Source: Eledone cirrhosa (Eukaryota). Taken from it: a DNA stretch of 64,000 nt. The translations under genes were made by a program, and so were the position numbers. Shown here one piece after another: positions 53,894-64,000 of this stretch (position 1 is its first letter; each line of letters starts with the position of its first letter). Under the pieces are notes generated by a model. That model made no database searches. It saw only the letters and a list, made by a program, of their open reading frames with translations, and was not told the origin of the DNA. Location of the stretch: NCBI GenBank assembly GCA_964016885.1, contig OZ024740.1:161014001-161078000 (forward strand), read 5' to 3'.

Positions 53894-55481
53894 CTTCTTC
53901 TTCTTCACCCACTTATTGCTGAGAGGGTCATGGGGATGGGGGCAGAGTCCTCAAAAACTCCCTCCTCCAGCAGGTCCTGTCAGAAGCAACCATCTCCAGC
54001 TGATCTGGCTGGATCACCAAGCCTGGATGTTATGCAGCATCGCCAAGCTCATGAATGTTATCCAACCACCTTGCTCGGAGTCTACCCCTGGGTCTCTTGC
54101 CAGCTGGTTTTGCCCATACAATCTGTCCAGCAGTTCTTTCCTGAGACATTCTAACCACACGCCCATAGTATCTCAATGTGCAGAAAGTAGCGGCTCTATC
54201 TGGAGTGACTCTCTGATCCATGAGCTATGTATTTTATTACTCAAAACACTGTTCAGAGGAATCCCATTTCAGCCACTTGCGTTCGCGATTATATTCTTTT
54301 GCTCATTACCCAACCTTCATGACCATAAGTAAGGGTTGCCGCCACACCTGCTATCAAGAATGCGTCTGGGATTCTCCTCTCTTCTGATGTGGAGAGAATA
54401 CTTTTCTGATCTCCTAAACCCGATCCCAACAGTATCTTCGGATGTACATATGGTGCATCTGGGACTGGTGATTAATCTCTCAGAGGCTGAGGTCGCAAGA
54501 GCAGTTAAAGAACTCAAATGTGGCAAAGCCGCTGGAGATGCTGAAATCCAACCTGAGATATTAAAAGCCTTAAATAGAGACGGTATTCTTTGGCTGACTC
54601 ATGTGTGCTGGGAGGCCAAGATCTCTTGAAGGGCACCTAAGCAATTGCAATCAGGAGTGATAATCCCAATTTTATAAAATGGTGACAAGAGAGGTTGTTC
54701 CAATTATAGAGGGATCTCCTTGTTAAGCCTCCCCAGTAAAGTCTATGCTAAGTGTCAGGCAAAGAGATGCAGGGAGATTGTCGAGTCCAAGCTAGCTGAT
54801 AAACAGTGTGGTTTTCGCCCCGGACGCATCACAGCTGACCAAATATTCACACTGCAACAGCTATTCGAGAAATCGTGGGAGTATTGCCAAGAATTATATT
54901 CTTGTTTTGTCAATCTTCAGAAGGCATGGGAGCTGCTGTGGAAGGCTATGCAGGAGTATGAGATCGATGGTCAGCTTCTTGTTGTCCTGATATCTCTATA
55001 CAAATGCCAGAGCATTTGTGTTTGGATAAATGGTGCTAAATTGAAACTGTTCAATGTGGGAGTCGGTTCTGCCAAGGGTGTGTACTGTCACCTCTCCTGT
55101 TTATTATTTACATGAATAGGATTGACATGTGCAGCCTGATTAGTATTATGACTGGTGGGTGTAAAATCAGATGACTGGAATTAGCAAACGACATCGTGTT
55201 ACTTAACTTGACAGAAGATGATCTTCAACTTGCACTTGACAGGTTTGATGCTGAGTGCTGCATGGCTGGAATGAAAATCAGTGCTGTAAAAACTGAGATA
55301 TTCTCCTTCTAAATGAAGCTTGTGCAGTGCACTCTACATGTGAATGGAGTTTCACTGAAGCAAGAAAAGAAGTTCAAGTATCTCAGGGACGTGTTTACGA
55401 GTGATGGAAGGCAGGAGGCTGAATCATGTGCAAGAATTGCAGGAGCTGGTGCAGTAATGCGTCAGCTTCAGCATCCAGTAA
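53894..55481. mobile_element. RTE (Expander-like) copy with 5' inversion
   Basis: 53894-54338 is the minus-strand 3' end with a (GAA)n tail. 54339-55481 is the plus-strand RT part (WREYF, QCGFRPGR, FKYL). Confidence 0.88.
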
Positions 55482-55759
55482 GAAAGGAGGTATGTTCAGA
55501 TTCTACCACCATAGTTGACTTTGCTGTTCATCCTTTAAGGTTTGTTGAAATAAAGCAACTTTGGAGTCTTTGCTGTTAGAAGATGTGTATTAACTTTCAT
55601 GAACAATCTTTGTTTCTATGCTGTTATATCATAAAACCACTGTGTAGACATAAAATAATTGTAAATACCTGGGATACACCAATAAGCAAATGGCCTGTCG
55701 TCTATTATTCAACCTTGATTTATATCTATTAATCTGCTGTCGATTATCTATTTAGTCAA

Positions 55760-57772
55760 TTATAGTCAACAAAATTATAGTCAACAAAATTATAGTCAAC
55801 AAAAAAATATTCATTTCATGGTTCTGGTATAATTTAGTATGATTCTAGGGTAATCAAGTGTGCAGAATTTGAATATGACAACGGTTAAGCTGTATCGGGT
55901 CTAGTTTTCGAGAACCAGCATATCCATGTTTATGACCCATAGCTATGTGGCTCATATTACTTCATCCAATTGTATCCACTATATTTAGTTGTTAACTAAT
56001 TTATACTTACTGCTTTTGTTTCAGATCTCAGAATTGTAACTATCCTCAGCTATTCTTGGATAATTCACAACAACTTTGACTAGTGGGAGAGATGGAATGC
56101 CGGAAATGTGTAAATGACCCGGACCGATTTTGCTATATTTGTGGACTCTTTACCACAGAAAGCATAAAGAAACCAATCACAAAAGCAGTTCGAGTAAACT
56201 AAAAATGCTACTCCAAATGTTCATTAGGAGACCAGGACAAGAAATGGGCGCTTCATATAACGTGTAGGTCATGTGTTAATCACCTAAGTGAATGGAAGAA
56301 TGGGAAACGAAGCTCTGGTTTACAATTTGCCGTACCAATAGTGTGGCGAGAACCAAAAGACCACCATAAGGATTTTTACTTCTGCCATATAAACATCCAA
56401 GGAATAACTGTGAAGACACGAACTACACTTCAATACCCCGATATCTCGTCAGCAATCCGACCAGCACCTCACAGTGACGAATTACCTGTTCCAGTTCCAC
56501 CTGCTGAACACGAGCTAATCTCTGGTTCTGATTCCAGTAGCACCCCTATTGATGATGACTATCAAGATGAACATGAGACAAGTGAACCCATACCATTTAA
56601 CCAGGAAGCTCTTCACGATCTCATTAGAGACCTACTTTTGTCTAAAGAAAAGGCAGATCTCCTGGGATCAAGACTGAAGCAATGAAACCTGCTGGAACCT
56701 GGCGTCCGCATTACAACCGCTCGTCATCGTCATAAGCAACTTAATTAGTCTACTTCTAGGTCTTCAGACTGGTTACACAAAGCATATGTGTTTTCTATGT
56801 TTGTGGAATAGTAGAGCAGATGCGGAGCACTACATGAAGAAGGATTGGCCAACAAGACCAAAGGATGCACCCGGTAGATCCAACTGTCTGTACAAACCTC
56901 TCGTGGATCCAGAAAAAAGTATTCCTCCCTCCATTATATCTCAAATTAGGCTTGACCAAAAACTTTATTAAAAGCATGGATCATACGGGTAATGGGTTTC
57001 AGTACTTGTGTAAGAAATTGGGTAGAGTGGTATCTGAAGCAAAGTTAAAAGCAGGAGTTTTGAATGGTCCTCAGATTCGTATGCTGGTTAATGATAGTGA
57101 GTTTACGAAAACACTAAACCATTTGGAGACTAATGCATGGAAATCATTTGTAGATGTGACACAGAACCTTCTTGGAAACCACCGTGCAGACAACTATAAA
57201 GAAATTGTTGAAACCATGATACAAAATTATCGCGCTCTGGGTTCACGACTGTCGTTGAAGCTTCATTTCTTCTATTCTCATCTGGATTTCTTCCCAAGTA
57301 ATCTAGGAGACATCAGTAATGAACATGGAGAGAGGTTTCACCAGGACATTGCCATAATGGAGAGTAGGTATCAGGGTCGGTTCAATCCCAACATGATGGG
57401 CGACTACTGCTGGACACTGTAACGTGAGGAGAGCCAGCAAAACAAGCGTAAAAGCAAAATCCAGAAATTTTTTTAGAAATGTTTTGAAATATTTTATGTT
57501 CAGAAATGTTTTGTTAATATACTAAGTGTTAAAAAAATAAATAAAAAATTGTTTATATATTTTTATTAATAAGTTAATATGTTTATATCTAAGTCATCAT
57601 ATGTTACACAATGGATAAATAATACAATACGAGGAACATATTTTCGATCGCATATTAAGGCATTCTGGTCCGATAGCAAAAGATGAATATCAAAACTGAA
57701 TTTAGTACTATGAAATTAGTAAGATGCACATATTCACATGTAAGAACCATTTTGGCTGTTGACCAGTATAAT
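55760..57772 (+). mobile_element. Chapaev3-like (CMC) DNA transposon, internally deleted
   Basis: ATG at 56092: CVNDPDRFCYICG..GDQDKKW..WREPKDH..FC; CFLCLWNSR; PLYLKLGL; SLKLHF..HLDFF..SNEHGERFHQDI..MMGDYCW. Imperfect termini TATAGTCAACA / TGTTGACCAGTATA. Confidence 0.8.
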
Positions 57773-58027
57773 CTATATAGTACTAAAATTCTGTGATTGC
57801 ATGCTTGTCTGTGATGTAATTCATCCAAAACGGTGCATAATGGGAAAATACTTTGAAAGGAAGTTGCCACTGAAATGGGAATACAAATAGAATAAAACAA
57901 ATTTTCGGAGTACCTTCATAAATAGAGAGAAAGATAGAGAGAAAGAGATAGTGGTAATGAGAGAGTAGATTGAAAGAGAGACATAGGGAGAGAGGGGGAG
58001 AGAGGGAAGGAGACAGAGAAAGAAAAA

Positions 58028-58317
<290 letters not shown>

Positions 58318-58631
58318 AATGGTAGCTATATGCTTCCATAGGCGGTATGTCAGTTGAGCACTCTATGTTCTTACAGAGCAGAGTGTGATATAATATAAAA
58401 CGAAAAATCAGTGCTGCATCTGGACTCAGTTTATTGTGTGTTACAATTGTTTCGCCGGCAGATCATTGCATCGATCTGTCTGATTCTAGATCTGCAGGTT
58501 CTTCGGACACATGCAATACTTTCGGAACAAATTTACTCACTGGGGTGTTAGCTTCCCAAAACATCTTCCACTCTTGTCTTGCTATTGGCTGTTGTTTTTC
58601 TACGTCATCATAAATTCTGATCAATATTTGA

Positions 58632-59060
58632 TGCCATACTGGCCATCAGCTACTCTCCGTCCGACACACTTCAATCAACTCATGCTGGGTTTGGTATTTC
58701 ACAAGTCCGCTCACACACACATATATACCCACACATACATACATATATATACACATGCACATACACACACACGCGGACACATACATATATACGCATACAC
58801 ATATGTACACATATGTACACACCCATATACATATACACACATCCACACACGCACTCACACGCGCACACATACACGTACACGCATACAAGGTCACATATCT
58901 GCGTACGCGTACAGTTGCTCATATACACAAACACTTACAGACATATACATAGACACACACACGCACACATACACGCATGTCCTTATTGAGGGGCACAAAG
59001 ACAGACACGCTCCCAAAGACACAAACGCACATACACACATATACATACATACATACATAC

Positions 59061-59105
<45 letters not shown>

Positions 59106-59756
59106 TGTATATGTACACGCACATAAACATACTCACAAACAATCTCTACCCTATGTAAGTGCACATACACACAGATACACACACCCCTCCACAGACACAG
59201 ACACACACACACACACGCACTGGCTCACATACATTCCAACAAATACGCGCCCAATTACCTCCGTGCCCACGTACATCCACAAAGATAGAAACACGCACAC
59301 ATGTATATATCTCTGTCCGTACCCCAATGTCATATACTCAAAGTCATATACATCTGCACAAAAGGTCATACGGGGTCATCCTTGTATGCGTGTACGTGTG
59401 TGTGTGCGTGTGTGCGCGTGTGCGTGCTTTTGAGACCGGATGTATGAGGGCATATAGGCAGGCGCCTGTGGACGTGTATGTTGGTATGTATATGGTTGTG
59501 GGCGTGTGTGGGTGTGTGTAAGAGAGGGAGTGTGTGTGTATATGTATATGGGTGTGTATATGTACATATGTGTGTGTACATATGTGTATGCGTATATATG
59601 TATGTGTCCGCGTGTGTGTGTATGTGCATGTGTATATATATGTGTGTGTGTATGTGTGGGTATATATGTGTGTGTGAGCGGACTTGTGAGATACCTAACC
59701 CAGCATGAGTCCATTGAAGTGTGTCGGACGGAGAGTAGCTGATGGCCAGTATGGCA
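58632..59756. repeat. About 1.1-kb foldback inverted repeat with CA/TG-rich arms
   Basis: Outer 44 bp perfectly inverted. Homology continues to about 58890 and 59380. Confidence 0.9.
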
Positions 59757-59764
59757 GCATTAAT

Positions 59765-60557
59765 AATACTTTATTTTATCGACCCCGTAAGGATGAAAGC
59801 AAAGTTAACCTCGGCGGGATTTGAACTCAGACCGTAAAGGGACGTAACTATACTGGAAAGCATGGCGTCCGACTCTCTACCGATACTGCCAATCCACCGC
59901 TATATCTAATAATGGTTTCTTACATAGGCACAAGGCCATCAAGTTTGGGGGAGGGGAACGTCGATTAAATCGACCCAGTGCATTACTGGTACTTTATTTT
60001 ATCGACCCCGTAACGATGAAAGGCAAAGTTAACCTCGACGGGATTTGACCGCCATATCTAATAATTGTTTCTACTTTAGGCACAAGGCCAGCAAATACCC
60101 AGTGCATTACTGGTACTTTATTTTTATCGACCCCGTAAGGATGAAAGGTAAAGTCAACCTCGGTGGGATTCGAACTCAGATCGTAACTATGCTGGCGTCC
60201 GACCCTTAGCCATTGAGTAATATTATTTTTTTTCATCCTTACGGGGTTGATAAAATAAAGTACCAGTAATGCACTGGGTAATTGCTGGCCTTGTGCCTAA
60301 AGTAGAAACAATTATTTTTTTACACACTACATATTTCTTTTACGTTAGATTTTTAATACTTTTAATACTTAGTATTAAATATATTAACACTAACTTAACT
60401 GCGGTTAATTTTGAGATTTATTTGATTTTATTATGAAAGGTTACCTCAATTTTTATAATGATTATAATTGTTTCTACTTTTGGCACAAGGCCAGCAAATT
60501 ACACAGTGTATTACTGGTACTTTATTTTATCGACCCCGTAAGGATGAAAGGCAAAGT
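59765..60557. mobile_element. Cluster of five full or partial SINE copies in both orientations
   Basis: Minus-strand units at about 59765, 59905, 60060 and 60465; plus-strand unit at 60232-60316. Confidence 0.88.
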
Positions 60558-62199
60558 TTGAATAAGTCGTTGAAATTATTTCTAGAGACATTTCGAAGTC
60601 TAGTGCACATTGTATAGTCATTATATAAACTGTGGAAGCTTTCTATGATAAAGGCAAAAATAAAAAAAACAATTCATATTTTCAACTTTCCCAATTTCTT
60701 CGTAAACCTATCGGTTTATTTAACTATTGCTGTTTTTTTTTTTTATGTGAATAGCGTTTCTGTGTTATTTATCATCTAGATATTTGTATTTAGGCGCTTT
60801 TTTACCGGGGCACATATTTTCGTCTGTTGGAATTGAAACCTTTTTGTTTTGTTTCATTTGATCCTTAACAACAATCTCATTTGAAGCGTTTCCTTTTTAT
60901 ATCTAAAAAAAGACTGGTTCCCTGTTTGCTTTCAATCTATAGTATCTATTTATTGCTAGCTAACCATTATCTAACCCTATATAGTCTAAATTATCAATAT
61001 GCATAAATAATTTGGTTATTGTATATTTAGCTTCTTTAAAGGCGAAGAGTATATTTAATGTGAAATAGTTTCTTAAACACACGCAACGCACTCATGTATG
61101 TGTGTTTGTGAATTATTCAAATTCATATTGTTCGCTAACAACTCCCAAATACTATAATTACTCTAGCATGCAATAATGTTGTACAAACGTAAAGAATCCA
61201 TAGAGCTCAGGCTTTCGTTTTTGCCGTTTTCCCCATAAGATCGTGTTATTTGAAGCGTCAATAATTACTAACAGGCATAATAATAGAGTTAACAATAGCT
61301 AGTTCTCGTCAACATAATTACTTTTATTCTGCATGAGTAAAAATATATTGATTGTGAAAACATTACAATGTCACTACCCATGACTGTTTTGATGTGAGCT
61401 AAATCTTTCGCAGTTACATAATGAAGGAGACCAGTCGTGTAGTGTAGACACTGAAATGTGGAGCGGACGATAGGATGTATTGTTTTATACAGTTAATGTC
61501 ACACCCACGACTTCTATGTTTATAAATATTGCAAGTAGATATAGAATGGAAGTGTACTTATAACACAGGCTGAGTATCCATACACTAATGACAATGCACC
61601 AATGGAAGAGCTTCTACATCACAGTTGAGGCACCTCCTTAGTACCAGGGACGAATTGCAAATGTATAAGAGCCGTCGGGGTACATCTGTCCTGATAAAAA
61701 TAAGAAATCTTTTAGTTTACAAATTAATAGGTAAGCACCGATTGCATTAAGCAACACAAATGAAAATGTTATAATGAATTAATAAACCAGGGAGTTGTGA
61801 TTATTTAAATACCGAAATAATTAAGACGCCACAGGATATAATATCTTAAATTTAATGGAACTTCTAAGTTTGTATCTTAATAAGAAGATTAGATCTGCTT
61901 TGCTTTGGGAATTACAGATATATTAGATGGGACTAATAATGCGGAAATTCTTGGTATGCACAATTATTCATAAATCTAACACGCAAATGGTTTCTGGCTA
62001 AATCTAATTTTTAAAACAAAAATTGTTTACAGTGTTAAGTGGTAGAACGCTAGTACAATTTTCAATGCGTAATTATTCATAAGTAGATATTTGTAAATAT
62101 CTCTAGAACGTTTATACAATTCCAAAATAGGTAAACTATTAAATCTGGACATTAAAGTAATATCTAGTTGTAAATGAATTAACTCTACTTGCAAGAAAT

Positions 62200-62760
62200 C
62201 AAGAGCTTCATCTTGGTATCACACCAAAGGGACCTTCGCATATTCGTAATTCAAGCATACGATTTTGTAAATCTCGAAACTTCTTTTGACATCGATCCAA
62301 AAGAAAGAAATTCTCTCTAGTATATACTCCACAATCAATTCTAGTTTATGTTATTTTAGTGTTGGAGGATGTGCCATGCAGCCTTACTTGTCAGTTGAAT
62401 TACGAATAATTGTAGCATTGATTCATAGCTCCTGATATTGGCAAGAACAGAAGTAATAAGCTGATTTGGCCTTTATAATTTCAAACTTTGATAATTTATG
62501 TAGATAGCTATACCGACCAATAATGCCAAATCGCATAACCATTTTTGATCCTCGTTTTCCATAATGGGAATATCTTTGACATCCATAAAGAATATCACGT
62601 CATCTTTCAACTCATAGAAACATTTGTGCGTGCGCTCTTTGCTTAAACAACGAACCTCACAAAGACATATACAATAAATCACCATGTTCCACTTCGAGGT
62701 CTTTCAAAATTTATTTAAATTCTCTGTGGTTCAATTCTTTATATTTTTATGAATACATTT
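62200..62760 (-). mobile_element. hAT (Charlie/SPIN, GTF2IRD2-like) transposase relic
   Basis: EVRCLSK..FYELK..WLCDLALLV..LKL*RPNQLI resembles VRWLS..WLCDLAFLVDIT..KLQG. Confidence 0.75.
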
Positions 62761-64000
62761 TATTAGCACTTTCATCACATTGTTCATTCCATGAGAGTGA
62801 GTAAGAGGGAGAGTGAGTGAGAGAGAGTGTGTGTACATAATTTGAGTTAGAGAATAAGAAATGACACCCCTTTAGGAAAGATTTAGGTTTTATTTATAGC
62901 AGGTCGACCAACTGCGTAAAGTTCCTCATATAGGGACGTGTTGTGCTGTGTGATCTTGTGTTTATTGTATCGTTTTGAATAACGCAGATTTTGCTGTTTA
63001 ATTCCAGTTCAGCCAAAGACCGAAGACATTCAAGCCGTGGTTAGCCCATCATGTTTAGTGTTATGTAAGACTAGTTTAGTGTTATCTAATATATCGTTCG
63101 ATTGTTTTAAAGATATTAGGGTGTTGTTTAAGGGATATTTGGCTTCTTGCAGGTTGAGTGACTACATAGAATTACTCATTGGCTCGTTACTCTGGTTTGT
63201 TCAATAATGTGGTTTTATGCTGTGTCATGCATAGTGTACTAACGTAGCGTGTTAGTGTTGTAGTCACTGAAACAAACTGCATTGAAGATTATAATGTAAA
63301 TCTGGACATTGATTTATAAAATGCCAACTTTAAATGACAATGTATTTGTTATGTTCGGAAGGAAATTGAAATAGATGGAATTAGTTTAGAAGTAGATTAG
63401 AACAACTCCATTATATCTGTGTCGATTATATATTTACATACACACATACCTATATATATATATTTATATGTAGATATACATACATATACATATAAATGCA
63501 CACACGCACACACAACACATTATATATATATACACATAGATATATGCACATACATGCTTACGATCCAAGAAACGCCAGCATCTACTAAAATATATACTCT
63601 CTCTTTTATTTATTGCTTTTGGAATGGTTACTCCGACTTACACGTTACTGATTGCAAAAACAACACAGAAACACATCGAAATAGGGGTAGCTAACAATAC
63701 ATTGAAATTTGATTGATTGCTAAAAAATGTTAGAAAATGCTTCATACATTAATCCACCATATGCAAAACACATAATATTTCCATCTACTTCTGTGCGAAA
63801 ATACATGATCTCTCATGATTTCTATGCTATGCATAAAAGACACCCGTGAGCACGAGGGTAGGGATGCTATTAGTTAAGTTGTAGTATTGGAGAATAATTG
63901 AAGTGGAAATAAAATAGCTTACTCAATTCCTCCTTGTATGAAATACTGTTGTCAAATTTGGGCAGGTGCACCAGCTTGTGACTTGGAGCTCCTCGGTCAG

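Noticed and set aside
55760-55805. Short direct repeats as a possible CRISPR array
   Set aside because: No spacers; eukaryotic transposon terminus.
58465-58630. Minus-strand open frame IRIYDDVEKQQPIARQEWKMFWEAN
   Set aside because: No start, acceptor or recognisable domain.
63640-63696. CTGATTG..GAAA hammerhead-like string (similar weak cases near 22580, 27390 and 41975)
   Set aside because: Core mutated and stems unsupported.

Overview
AT-rich, microsatellite-dense animal genomic DNA. The repeat complement suggests an octopus/cephalopod (inference). The window is almost entirely transposon-derived. The only host coding sequence I can support is the last exon of a glycosyltransferase family 7 gene (beta-1,4-Gal/GalNAc transferase) at 4897-5038. 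Mobile elements include a nearly intact Tx1/L1-group LINE inserted in an (ATT)n array, Dong/R4 LINE copies, several RTE-clade copies (one family with a PHD finger, one copy with a 5' inversion), about 20 copies of one SINE family, Penelope-like relics, a Chapaev3-like transposon, and hAT and piggyBac MITEs. Two signals are invisible in the ORF track. (1) There are at least five minimal hammerhead ribozyme motifs. One is fully paired (30853-30923) and two sit in a tandem repeat about 440 nt apart, like a retrozyme or pLTR. (2) The dominant SINE shares its 3' terminus and ATT target with the Tx1-like LINE, suggesting a SINE/Tx1 partnership. All alignments and folds were done by eye, and most decayed-element boundaries are approximate.
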